64,000 nt of DNA, taken from positions 64,001-128,000 of IMG/VR virus record IMGVR_UViG_3300025096_000004; one strand, given 5' to 3'. Every line of letters begins with the position of its first letter. Within the stretch, counting starts at the first letter, position 1. This DNA is from a virus. The translations under genes and the position numbers were made by a program. Positions 40,318 to 49,535 of this stretch are shown piece by piece. The notes under the pieces were generated by a model. It ran no database searches. It was not told the origin of the DNA and saw nothing but the letters and a program-made list of their open reading frames with translations.

Positions 40318-41460
40318 ATGGCAGATTCAGCTTATAAAGTCTTGGGTGCAAACGATAGAGTTACGACCCGAACCCTTCTCCATGAAGCAATTCCGATTAC
40401 GGGAACAATTGTTAGTGGAACTTATTCAGATAACAATATTAAAAACTTTTCTCATGGAATGTTTCAGAGTGTTTATGATTATCCATACCTTTCGTCTTCG
40501 GCAAATCATATTTTTGATATCACAGTTGGCGTCGGCGCTGAATCAACCCTCTATGGTTCTGTGGATTCACAAAAAGATAAAAAGCGAAATGTTTACAACC
40601 AAATGGCCCAAGTGCTTGTTGGCTATGACCCAACTGGCTCAATTCTTAGATTTGATACAGATGGGGACTTTTCTGGCACAACAACCGATAAGATGGATGA
40701 TGTCGTTTTTCTGGTGTTCTCAAGACTCTTGGTTAAAGATGAGATTAAAAAAGAGTCTTTTTCATTGACTCTTGGGACGAATGTGACCTATACTTCTCCC
40801 TTTAGTGATTTGACCACAGTCACTGATGTTAGTGCATCAAATGAGTATCGAATCAACTCCCCATCAGGAGAATATGGAATCCTATATGCAACTGGCAGCG
40901 ACCTTCAATTTGATTATTATGGCAATGGCGGTACCGCAAGTGATTTCTATCCCCATACAGCTAGCTTTAATGGAAATGATTATGCAAAAGTTGGGTTGAT
41001 CTATTATCAAGCCGGTGTTATTGTTTTAACAGCTTCTTTGTTCAAGGATCACGCATCAGAGGGTATTTTGAAGGAGACAGGAAATAACGTTGGGCCAGAT
41101 TTTGTCGACGGAACTCATGATATTGTCGACGCCCTCACGGGTTCAGAAATTTCGTCTTCGGCCGATGCCTTTAGAAATAGAATTCAGAATGTACAGTTCA
41201 ACAACACAACGGAGTTAAATTCAACAATTTATTTCTGTCGAGCCAATCATAATGAATTTAACTATTCATCTAACCCAACTTATCTTTCCGGATCTAAGAT
41301 CCGTATTAAGAATTTTGCGACTGATGATCCGGTATCCTATATCACAACCATTGGCCTCTACAATGATCGAAGAGAGTTGTTAGCTGTTGCAAAAGTTAGC
41401 GAACCACTCAAGAAAACCCCAGACACAGAATTCACCTTGAGGGTGCGATTGGACTACTAA
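40318..41460 (+). CDS. Tail/baseplate structural protein; paralogue of 41463..42710
   Basis: Shared C-terminal FNYSSNPT...YITTIGLYN....LLAVAK.S.P.KKT.D..FT..V.LDY. Confidence 0.7.
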   Translation: MADSAYKVLGANDRVTTRTLLHEAIPITGTIVSGTYSDNNIKNFSHGMFQSVYDYPYLSSSANHIFDITVGVGAESTLYGSVDSQKDKKRNVYNQMAQVLVGYDPTGSILRFDTDGDFSGTTTDKMDDVVFLVFSRLLVKDEIKKESFSLTLGTNVTYTSPFSDLTTVTDVSASNEYRINSPSGEYGILYATGSDLQFDYYGNGGTASDFYPHTASFNGNDYAKVGLIYYQAGVIVLTASLFKDHASEGILKETGNNVGPDFVDGTHDIVDALTGSEISSSADAFRNRIQNVQFNNTTELNSTIYFCRANHNEFNYSSNPTYLSGSKIRIKNFATDDPVSYITTIGLYNDRRELLAVAKVSEPLKKTPDTEFTLRVRLDY

Positions 41461-41462
41461 GT

Positions 41463-42710
41463 ATGTCTTGTTATAAATTTAATGAAGATGACCTGTTTAT
41501 TAACACGGTAAGAGCCGAGCCACAGCATAGTTTTTATATCTATAGTGGCTCTGTTTATATCGACAGTGTGCCACATCTTTCTGGCACCAAATCTACTAAT
41601 TCAAACCCAAACATTTACGGTGTTCCAGATGGCTACATAAGTCTATATGAATATAACATTGATAGGCTTGTAGATGAGAAGATTTATCCGTTTGTTTATA
41701 AAGATGGTAAAAGAAATTCATTTAAGGTTGTTACAGAGGCAAATTATGAAACACAATATGATCATGGCGATGTTGTCTCTTCCTCTTATAATATGTCAGC
41801 AAGCATTGATATTATTTATAGATTGGATTCAGATGCGACCGTCGCAGCTAGAAAAGAAATAATCGCCCTTAAGAACACACTAAACCATTATGCATATTTG
41901 TCTCCACATTATGAATATTCTTCGCCGTTTGGAGATAAGGGAACCCAAAGTATTCGTATTGTTTCGATTCCATCGATTTTTTATGGAACAACTATTAAGA
42001 AAGGAACAGTTAAATTAGATTATTTTTTTAGCGGATCGTTGTTGGGAAGTTTGGTTGATAATAAAAAAAATGGCGAGCTTATTCAGGTCTCCGGCGCCAA
42101 TTCAAGTAATGATGGCAAGTGCGCTGGGGTTGTTTTATATGATGAAGGATTTATCGTGTTAACTGGTAGCTGGAGTCTGACCGGCTCCGGCGGATCGCCA
42201 TCAACTGGTATTATAAAACATTTGAACTCATCAAACACTTTGACCTTGGAAACGATAAATTCAAATAACCCCTTGTCGTGGAGACATTGGGGTCACGGCC
42301 TTGACTTTGCTGCTTCTGACTACACAACAACAATGATCTCTTCATCTTTTGCTCTTGAATATTCCGGCTCGACAGAGACCCAAGTTATGACCATGCTCGC
42401 TCATGCCCCATATGATGAGTTAAATTATTCCAATAACCCAACCTCGTGGACTGCAAGTGATGCGAATAAGCAGACAATTTTATCCGCCATGTCAGGCTCT
42501 CATCAATATGTGGAAAAGGCAATACAAATCAAAAATATAGTTTCCGCCTCCTATACTGATCAAAATCCCCCATTTGAAAAGACAACCTACATCACAAAAG
42601 TTGCTATATACGATGAAAATAAAAATCTTATTGGCATCGCTAAACTTGCCACTCCTGTTCGGAAAACCGAAGATATTGATTATACTTTTAAAATAAAACT
42701 TGACATCTAG
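41463..42710 (+). CDS. Tail/baseplate structural protein; paralogue of 40318..41460
   Basis: Shared C-terminal LNYSNNPT...YITKVAIYD....LIGIAK.A.P.RKT.D..YT..I.LDI. Confidence 0.7.
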   Translation: MSCYKFNEDDLFINTVRAEPQHSFYIYSGSVYIDSVPHLSGTKSTNSNPNIYGVPDGYISLYEYNIDRLVDEKIYPFVYKDGKRNSFKVVTEANYETQYDHGDVVSSSYNMSASIDIIYRLDSDATVAARKEIIALKNTLNHYAYLSPHYEYSSPFGDKGTQSIRIVSIPSIFYGTTIKKGTVKLDYFFSGSLLGSLVDNKKNGELIQVSGANSSNDGKCAGVVLYDEGFIVLTGSWSLTGSGGSPSTGIIKHLNSSNTLTLETINSNNPLSWRHWGHGLDFAASDYTTTMISSSFALEYSGSTETQVMTMLAHAPYDELNYSNNPTSWTASDANKQTILSAMSGSHQYVEKAIQIKNIVSASYTDQNPPFEKTTYITKVAIYDENKNLIGIAKLATPVRKTEDIDYTFKIKLDI

Positions 42711-42728
42711 TTTAAATCGTGTTATAAT
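42700..42728 (+). promoter_or_regulatory. Consensus sigma-70 promoter with extended -10 (TTGACA-N17-TATAAT, TG at -15/-14)
   Basis: TTGACA at 42700-42705, TG at 42720-42721, TATAAT at 42723-42728; ATG follows 7 nt downstream at 42735. Confidence 0.85.
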
Positions 42729-42734
42729 ATAAAT

Positions 42735-43268
42735 ATGAATGTATATATAGGATTAGATATTAGCACCTCCAAGATTGGTATGGCACTTATTGCCGAGGAC
42801 CAAACTCTTGTCGAGACAAAACTAGTGAAACTCAATTCAGCCAATAGCCTTGAAACAAGGGCTATGAACTTTGCAATGCACTTAATAACATTCCTCGGTC
42901 CAAAATACAAGGCCATTGGTGTGTTTGTTGAGGAGCCCGCATCTATATTCTCCATGGGCCGCTCGTCTGCGCATACAATCTCTAAGCTTCAAAGGTTTAA
43001 CGGTATGTGTTGTTATGCAATTGCCACTGGATTGGGAATGAGCGCAAAATTGATTCCCGTTAGATCCGCAAGGTCATCCGTTGGAATTAAAGTTAAGCGA
43101 GGAGACAACACGAAGCTTGAAGTTATTAAATGGGTGAAACAAAAATATCCAAAAGATTTTTTATTTGAAATAACAAGGTATGGAAATCCCAAACCCGGTA
43201 CGGATGACATGGCAGATGCAATCGTCGTTGCCCTTGCAGGAATAAATCAAAAAAAACTTGACAAATAG
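42735..43268 (+). CDS. RuvC-like Holliday junction resolvase
   Basis: RNase H-fold catalytic pattern IGLDISTSKIG / VFVEEP / DDMADA. Confidence 0.85.
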   Translation: MNVYIGLDISTSKIGMALIAEDQTLVETKLVKLNSANSLETRAMNFAMHLITFLGPKYKAIGVFVEEPASIFSMGRSSAHTISKLQRFNGMCCYAIATGLGMSAKLIPVRSARSSVGIKVKRGDNTKLEVIKWVKQKYPKDFLFEITRYGNPKPGTDDMADAIVVALAGINQKKLDK

Positions 43269-43286
43269 TGGCAACTGTGTTATATT
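43258..43286 (+). promoter_or_regulatory. Sigma-70 promoter with extended -10 (TTGACA-N17-TATATT)
   Basis: TTGACA at 43258-43263, TG at 43278-43279, TATATT at 43281-43286; ATG follows 7 nt downstream at 43293. Confidence 0.8.
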
Positions 43287-43292
43287 ATTATT

Positions 43293-44231
43293 ATGACAGA
43301 AAAACATTCTATTATTAATAATATACTTGGCGGATATAAAAGGGTTAGTGGCGAATGCCTCTATCACTGTCCGTATTGTGGACATCACAAAAAAAAGATG
43401 TCAATTAACTTTCCGAAAAATGCGTTTAAATGTTGGGTTTGCGATGAGCGTGGCAAAAACATTTATCGCCTTGTTCGTAAGTTTGGTAACTTTCAACAAC
43501 GGCAAAGATGGTTAGAATTAGATGGTCGCTTGGATTTATCCGAGTTTGACAAGTTGTTCGTCGCTCTCAACGATGAAAAGATTGAGCCAACAACGGAACT
43601 TCCACCAGAATTTATTTCACTTTGCAATAGGCACCTTCCTCGTTCTTCTCAAAGACCGCTTCATTATCTCCATGAGAGAGGTCTAAACCAGAAGGACATT
43701 TTTAATTGGAAGGTTGGCTATTGTAAAGATGGAGAGTACGGCGGTCGAATCATTATCCCATCTTTCAACAATAACGGAGACATAAATTATTATATAGCGA
43801 GATCTTATGTAGGGCACAAGTGGAAATATAAGAACCCACCGGTGAGCAAAAATGTGATCTTTAATGAGTTATCCATCGATTGGGATGAGTCAGTAGTCCT
43901 TGTCGAGGGCGTGTTCGATGCTGTCGTCGCGGGACGAAATGCCATCCCAATCCTTGGATCAACTCTCAGAGATAATACAAAATTGTTTCAGGCTATTGTT
44001 TTGAATGATAGTCCTGTATATCTTGCCTTGGATGCTGATGCTGATAAGAAACTCAGCCATATTGTTAAAAATCTTTTAAAGTATGACATTGAAGCTTACA
44101 AGGTTGATACCTCCGATATTGAGGATGTAGGGTCAATCACAAAAGCCCAATTTGATACAAGATTAGCTACAGCGCAGCCAATAACATTTGACGATTTCTT
44201 TCTCATGGGTGAATTACGAAGGGTTATATAA
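43293..44231 (+). CDS. DnaG-type DNA primase (Zn finger plus TOPRIM)
   Basis: CPYC.H...CWVC zinc finger, YL.ERG, GRIIIP, KYKNP, and TOPRIM LVEGVFDA...LALDADA. Confidence 0.92.
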   Translation: MTEKHSIINNILGGYKRVSGECLYHCPYCGHHKKKMSINFPKNAFKCWVCDERGKNIYRLVRKFGNFQQRQRWLELDGRLDLSEFDKLFVALNDEKIEPTTELPPEFISLCNRHLPRSSQRPLHYLHERGLNQKDIFNWKVGYCKDGEYGGRIIIPSFNNNGDINYYIARSYVGHKWKYKNPPVSKNVIFNELSIDWDESVVLVEGVFDAVVAGRNAIPILGSTLRDNTKLFQAIVLNDSPVYLALDADADKKLSHIVKNLLKYDIEAYKVDTSDIEDVGSITKAQFDTRLATAQPITFDDFFLMGELRRVI

Positions 44232-44461
44232 TGCACGTATTAGATTTACATGGGACTCACCATGAAGATGTTGAGTCAAGGTGTCATCGTTTTATAAATG
44301 AACATTGGGGCAATCAACTTAAAATTGTTACGGGTCATTCTTCAACTATGCAATCAATTGTATGTAATGTTCTTAATCAATATAACCTACAATATATAGT
44401 TGGCGGAATCACAGGAAGCGAAGGATATATAAAAATATTTAAGGGAGGAATAAATGTTTAA
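44231..44461 (+). CDS. Stand-alone Smr-domain protein
   Basis: VLDLHG at the N-terminus and LKIVTGH.S; 76 aa. Confidence 0.7.
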   Translation: MHVLDLHGTHHEDVESRCHRFINEHWGNQLKIVTGHSSTMQSIVCNVLNQYNLQYIVGGITGSEGYIKIFKGGINV

Positions 44462-47400
44462 GATAGCTCACTTGGGTGATACCCACATAAGGAACTTGAA
44501 ATATCATCAGGAATACCGGATAATATTCAAGGAACTTTATAAAAAACTCAAAGCGGATAAGCCGGATTATATCGTTCACTGCGGCGATATAGCACATACT
44601 AAAACGCAGTTAAGTCCAGAGTATTTTCAATTAGCCTCCGAGTTCCTCTCGGAGCTTTCTGCTATTGCGCCATTGATTGTCATCCTTGGTAACCACGATG
44701 GCAATTTGAAAAACGAAAGTAGAGAAGACGCAATTACACCAATCGTTAATGCACTGGAGAATCCACAAATCACTCTTTTGAAGGATTCTGGAGAGTATTC
44801 ACCCGAAACCGGTCTAACATTTAATGTTTTGAGCGTTTTCGACAGAGAGAATTGGATCAAGCCGTCATCGGACCAATCAATCAACATAGCTCTATATCAT
44901 GGCTCAATTAGCGGTTGTTTGACCGATACCGGCTGGATTATGTCTCATGGCGAGGATGAAGCAACCATATTTAACGATCATGATTATGCTCTTCTCGGAG
45001 ACATTCACAAGCCTCAGTTTCTCGACTCCAAGCGCAAGGTTGGCTATTGTGGCTCAACCGTTCAGCAGAACTTCGGCGAAGACCAGAACAAGGGCTATAT
45101 GATATGGGAGATCAAAGATAAAGATAATCATGTGGTCTCGCACCATTCGCTCTACCATCCAAAGCCATTTATTACGGTGACTCTTAACACTGACGGGACT
45201 CTACCAGAAGCAGACGTTCCAAAGTATTGCAGACTTCGCTTGGTTACCCCACGAAACCTTCCAATTAGCCAACTTCGGAAAGCCTCTGACATGGCTAGGG
45301 TAAAGTGGCGTCCGTATAGTGTTGCGTTCTTAAACCGTGGAAATGCAACAACTTCTGGGCAAAACTCGGCATCTGCTAACATCACCGAGAATCTCCGAGA
45401 CCTGAAGGTTCAAGAGAAGCATATTCGAGAATACCTCAAGGACTACAACCTTGATGAGGTCATTATCCAAGAGGTGCTTGATCACAATCTCAAATATAAT
45501 CGACTGGCAACTGAGAACGAAGAGATAAGCCGCAATGTTGTATGGCGTGTAAAAGAGATAGAATGGGACAATCTATTCAACTATGGTGGAGGCAATAAAG
45601 TAAATTTTGACAAACTAAGGGGTCTCGTTGGAATTTTTGGAAAAAACTATTCCGGCAAGTCATCGATTATTGATTCGATCTTGTTCACAATGTTTAATTC
45701 AACTTCAAAGGGCGAGCGCAAAAACGTTCATATTATAAATCAAAATAAACAATCAGCAAAGTCTAAGATAAAGATCGAGATTGGTAATGAGTTAGTTGAA
45801 ATATCTCGTAACCTTAATAAGTACGAGAAGAGGTTAAAGGGAAAAGTTACGACAGAGGCAAAAACAGATTTAAACTTTCACAATCATACACTGGGCGAAT
45901 CTATTAATGGCACTTCTCGAAATGAAACTGATGCCAACATCCGCAAAAAGATAGGCACTTTGGATGACTTCCTTTTAACATCAATGGCTTCACAACTTGA
46001 TTCTCTTGCTTTTGTTAAAGAGGGTTCGACCAAACGGAAAGAGATACTTGCAAAGTTTTTGGATCTTGAACTGTTTGACAAGAAGTTTAAATCGGCGAAA
46101 AAAGATGCTTCTGATATGAAGGCTGTGCTTAAGAGGCTGCAAAACAAATCATGGGCTGTTGAGATTGAAAATTCGAAAGCGGCAATGGAACAAATCGGCG
46201 AAGAGGTTGAACAAAAGTCTGCAAAATGCAAAGAACTTAATTCAGTATTGACACGTCGACAGGCAGAGTTAATAGAATTAGAAAAACAAATAGATTCGGT
46301 TCCTGTGGAGCCAATTAACATTGCTGAGATTCAAGGAAAAATACAACAGTTTGAATTCGAGATCCAAGAGAATATAAGAAAGAAACTGGAATACAGAGGC
46401 CGCGCCAAACAAAATGAAGAGCTTGCTGATGAATTAGAAATAGAACTCAAAAACATACCACTTGATAAATTGCAAAAGTTAAAAGAGCGATCATTGGAAT
46501 TAAGTGAAGAAAGGAGAAAAAAACACTCAAAGCACAAATTGTTAAATTCTCAAATTGCAAATTTAGAAAAAAAGCTTGAAATGCTTGAGGGCCACAAATA
46601 TGATCCAAATTGTAAGTATTGTACCGATAACAAGTTTGTTAAGGATGCAAAGGCAGCGCTGGATAGTTTGCCCCAATTGAGAGAGAAAGAGCTAGAACTT
46701 GCTGAAATAGTACAAGGTTTGACCGAAAAACTATCAATTATGGACATATCTGAGATAGAAGAGCGAATTCAAAAATGTGACAAGATCCAAGTAAAAATTG
46801 ATAAATCAAAAGCAGATGCTAAACATCTTCGACATAAGGTTGAAAAGTGTGATCTCACAAACGAGCGCATTAAATCTGATCTTATAGATTTAAGACGTAA
46901 AGAGTCGCTGTATGAAGAGAACAAAGAAACAATTGAGAACCTTGGTACTTTATGCAAGGAACAGATATCTCTTAAAAAGATGATATATAAGAAGCAAGTT
47001 GATTTGGATAATTGCAATTCTAGATTGCAACTCCTTTATATTGATCAAGGCTCGGAGACCACAATATTAAAAAATCTAAAAGAGAACCAACAAGAGCTTG
47101 AAAAAATGGAAAGACAATGGACAGCTTATGATTTGTATATGCAATGCATGCACCCCAATGGTATTCCATATAATATTATTAAACAATCGCTTCCTCTGAT
47201 CAACGAAGAGATAGCAAAGGTATTGGCGAACATTGTCGAATTTGAAACATTTTTTGACAATACCGATGGCAAGCTCGACATTTATATCAAACATCCAAAT
47301 TATGATCCTCGACCTTTATCAATGGGATCGGGAGCAGAGAAGACAATCGCTGCAATGGCAATACGCCTAGCTCTGATTTCAATAACGAATTTACCAAAAT

Positions 47401-47597
47401 CCGAACTATTTATACTTGACGAACCAGCAACAGCTTTAGACCAAGAACATATGGAAGGTTTTATAAGGCTTTTGGATATGATTAAGAATCAATTCAAGAT
47501 CGTTATTCTGATCTCCCACTTGGACTCTCTTAAAGATGTTGTTGATATGACGATTGACATTCAAAAAAATGGCGACTATGCCAAAGTGAGGATTTAA
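44454..47597 (+). CDS. Fused Mre11/SbcD nuclease and Rad50/SbcC ATPase (gp47-gp46-like)
   Basis: Phosphoesterase motifs GDTH, GDIAH, GNHD, YHG and GDIH. Walker A GKNYSGKS, Zn-hook CKYC, signature SMGSGAEK, Walker B ILDEP, and H-loop ISH, all in one 1047-aa ORF. Confidence 0.93.
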   Translation: MFKIAHLGDTHIRNLKYHQEYRIIFKELYKKLKADKPDYIVHCGDIAHTKTQLSPEYFQLASEFLSELSAIAPLIVILGNHDGNLKNESREDAITPIVNALENPQITLLKDSGEYSPETGLTFNVLSVFDRENWIKPSSDQSINIALYHGSISGCLTDTGWIMSHGEDEATIFNDHDYALLGDIHKPQFLDSKRKVGYCGSTVQQNFGEDQNKGYMIWEIKDKDNHVVSHHSLYHPKPFITVTLNTDGTLPEADVPKYCRLRLVTPRNLPISQLRKASDMARVKWRPYSVAFLNRGNATTSGQNSASANITENLRDLKVQEKHIREYLKDYNLDEVIIQEVLDHNLKYNRLATENEEISRNVVWRVKEIEWDNLFNYGGGNKVNFDKLRGLVGIFGKNYSGKSSIIDSILFTMFNSTSKGERKNVHIINQNKQSAKSKIKIEIGNELVEISRNLNKYEKRLKGKVTTEAKTDLNFHNHTLGESINGTSRNETDANIRKKIGTLDDFLLTSMASQLDSLAFVKEGSTKRKEILAKFLDLELFDKKFKSAKKDASDMKAVLKRLQNKSWAVEIENSKAAMEQIGEEVEQKSAKCKELNSVLTRRQAELIELEKQIDSVPVEPINIAEIQGKIQQFEFEIQENIRKKLEYRGRAKQNEELADELEIELKNIPLDKLQKLKERSLELSEERRKKHSKHKLLNSQIANLEKKLEMLEGHKYDPNCKYCTDNKFVKDAKAALDSLPQLREKELELAEIVQGLTEKLSIMDISEIEERIQKCDKIQVKIDKSKADAKHLRHKVEKCDLTNERIKSDLIDLRRKESLYEENKETIENLGTLCKEQISLKKMIYKKQVDLDNCNSRLQLLYIDQGSETTILKNLKENQQELEKMERQWTAYDLYMQCMHPNGIPYNIIKQSLPLINEEIAKVLANIVEFETFFDNTDGKLDIYIKHPNYDPRPLSMGSGAEKTIAAMAIRLALISITNLPKSELFILDEPATALDQEHMEGFIRLLDMIKNQFKIVILISHLDSLKDVVDMTIDIQKNGDYAKVRI

Positions 47598-47852
47598 ATG
47601 ATGAGTGAAAGCGAAAGAGAAAGTCTGGTCGAGGACATTAAAAAAGAATTGTACCTTGACAACAAAGACAAAGGCATGTTAGATGCCATTCAAGAGAAGA
47701 TGATAAGCAGAAAGCTTTTGGTTTTCTTAACTGCAACTGGCCTTATGTATTGGTCAGATCTTGACCCTGAAACTTGGGGTATGATTGCTGTTATGTATAT
47801 TACTGGACAATCTGTTATTGATGCAGTTAAAGCATGGAAATGGGGCTCCTAA
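47598..47852 (+). CDS. Small two-TM membrane protein, holin-like
   Basis: SRKLLVFLTATGLMYW and WGMIAVMYITGQSVIDA hydrophobic segments with a charged N-terminus. Confidence 0.5.
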   Translation: MMSESERESLVEDIKKELYLDNKDKGMLDAIQEKMISRKLLVFLTATGLMYWSDLDPETWGMIAVMYITGQSVIDAVKAWKWGS

Positions 47853-47855
47853 TCA

Positions 47856-48257
47856 ATGTGGTGGCTTGCAGCTAAAAAGTGGCTCAAGATATCTGCTATA
47901 TGGTGCAGGCAACACTGGCGATGGGTCGTTTTAGGCGGCTTTGCGCTAGTGATGTATTATTTTGGGAGAAAGGCCTCTAAAGCCCAACTGATTCAAGCCA
48001 AGCTTGCTCTTAAATCATATGAAGCCGAAAAAGCTGCAATTGAGCGAGCCCATGCAAAAGAAGTCGAAGATATAAAAAAAGCACAGGCTAATTACTCTAA
48101 AGCTTTGGCACACATAAGCCAAAGATATTCTGGAGAGACCAATTCTTTAAAAATCAAAGAAGAGAAGAAGATTCGAGATATGATCAAGAAAGCTAAGGAT
48201 GATCCTGAAGAAGTTGATAGGATCTTAGAACAAGAACTGGGAATTAAAAAAATATGA
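47856..48257 (+). CDS. N-terminally anchored coiled-coil protein, inner-membrane-spanin-like
   Basis: TM segment WVVLGGFALVMYYF followed by a long heptad-rich helix. Confidence 0.45.
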   Translation: MWWLAAKKWLKISAIWCRQHWRWVVLGGFALVMYYFGRKASKAQLIQAKLALKSYEAEKAAIERAHAKEVEDIKKAQANYSKALAHISQRYSGETNSLKIKEEKKIRDMIKKAKDDPEEVDRILEQELGIKKI

Positions 48258-48424
48258 AAATCGATATTAAAACAATGATGTCTATCTTGGCAGCATCCGC
48301 CATCCTCGGCGGTTTTTATTATACAACTCAACATCGGCTTGATCTTCTTGAGGCAGACATTGCAGACCTTGAGACTGAAATTACGAAGGTCCGCAAAATT
48401 GCAAACAGGAAAAACAAACAATGA
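48254..48424 (+). CDS. 56-aa membrane-anchored coiled-coil protein (not in the ORF track)
   Basis: MKIDIKTMMSILAASAILGGFYYTTQHRLDLLEADIADLETEITKVRKIANRKNKQ*; overlaps both neighbours by 4 nt. Confidence 0.7.
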   Translation: MKIDIKTMMSILAASAILGGFYYTTQHRLDLLEADIADLETEITKVRKIANRKNKQ

Positions 48425-49233
48425 AATTATCAAAAGAGCAGCTTAACCATATTATCAAAGAAGAACTACAGGGACAGATTCAGGATATAAAAGCAAAATT
48501 GATGACTATCGATGCCTCGGGAGATCCGAATGCTAAGGGTTGGAAATATTGGAAATATGCAGGTAGCGGCCCAAGTGATTTCGAAATAGTAGATAGCTAT
48601 CTTAAAGCATCCGGTGAGCCCGGTCTTTCAAGCCCCGACACTGATCGAACCCCAAGCGAAGAGGAAGAACAGCAATGGGGGAATTCAATGGATGATGTAT
48701 TCGCGTCTATGCATACCAAATTGAACAAAGAATCCAAACAAATGAAATTAACAAAAGAACAACTTGCAAATATCATCAAAGATGAACTTGCGAAGACACT
48801 AAAAGAATATGGCCCATTTGGTTCTGCGATGGAACATTCTCTTTACGACAAGGTCAAATCAAACATTCAAAGGATTTCCCATGATGGATCCAAAGGTCTG
48901 GAAGTTCGGAAACATGTAACATTGTTGCAGAAACTGGAAGACAGCAGTTGGGACCCTGATGAATTCAACAACCCAGAGACAGCACACGGAGTGTGGACGG
49001 ATGTTTTTATGGACACCATGAATGATACCTATTGGGATGGCAAACAAGAAGTTGATATTAGATTTTCAACACCGGAAATAGAGGAAATGTGTCCTGACTG
49101 CGGCCCCGTCTGGGACCAAGTGGTGAGAGATAACGGAATGGACGGCCCCGGCTACGGCTCAGAACAAGAACCATGGTCCGACATCGTCGACGCTGTGAAA
49201 GAGAAGAACCCACAATATAAGGATTTTGAATAA
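48421..49233 (+). CDS. Leader-tagged putative internal head protein carrying two leader motifs (aa 1 and aa 108)
   Basis: MKLSKEQLNHIIKEE at the start and in-frame MKLTKEQLANIIKDE at 48742. Confidence 0.75.
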   Translation: MKLSKEQLNHIIKEELQGQIQDIKAKLMTIDASGDPNAKGWKYWKYAGSGPSDFEIVDSYLKASGEPGLSSPDTDRTPSEEEEQQWGNSMDDVFASMHTKLNKESKQMKLTKEQLANIIKDELAKTLKEYGPFGSAMEHSLYDKVKSNIQRISHDGSKGLEVRKHVTLLQKLEDSSWDPDEFNNPETAHGVWTDVFMDTMNDTYWDGKQEVDIRFSTPEIEEMCPDCGPVWDQVVRDNGMDGPGYGSEQEPWSDIVDAVKEKNPQYKDFE

Positions 49234-49490
49234 TGAAACTAACAAAAGAACAACTTGCGAAGATTATTAAAGAAGAGATAGGACAGATGGCAGAAGCTGG
49301 CCGCTATGGCCTTGGTTCACAAAGGCCCGATTCCTCTTTCAATGAATTGCCCGATGAACCAACAACAATGTCGGGAGCCGAATCAGCAAATGATTTGCGA
49401 ACAGCTATTGCACAGTTTGTCGCAGACAATCCACAACTCTCAGACCCCAAAGCAACAATCATGGCTATTATAGATGAGGCATTGAGATAA
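49233..49490 (+). CDS. Leader-tagged putative internal head protein
   Basis: Starts MKLTKEQLAKIIKEE; 85 aa. Confidence 0.75.
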   Translation: MKLTKEQLAKIIKEEIGQMAEAGRYGLGSQRPDSSFNELPDEPTTMSGAESANDLRTAIAQFVADNPQLSDPKATIMAIIDEALR

Positions 49491-49535
49491 GGTGAAGCTA
49501 ACAAAAGAACAACTTGCGAAGATTATTAAAGAAGA
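49239..49535 (+). repeat. 38-nt perfect direct repeat (49239-49276 and 49498-49535) encoding the leader LTKEQLAKIIKE
   Basis: CTAACAAAAGAACAACTTGCGAAGATTATTAAAGAAGA occurs twice, with looser copies at 48421 and 48742. Confidence 0.95.

Noticed and set aside
42728-42735. T4 late promoter consensus TATAAATA
   Set aside because: It overlaps the sigma-70 -10 and ends on the A of the start codon, so it could not transcribe the full gene. It is not seen in the other gaps.
44454-47597. Eukaryotic giant virus origin suggested by the Mre11-Rad50 fusion
   Set aside because: T4-like portal, terminase, prohead protease and baseplate genes, SD sites and sigma-70 promoters identify a bacteriophage.
48421-49535. 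Leader repeats as a CRISPR array
   Set aside because: The repeats are in-frame coding starts separated by hundreds of bases of ORF, with no regular spacers and no cas genes.
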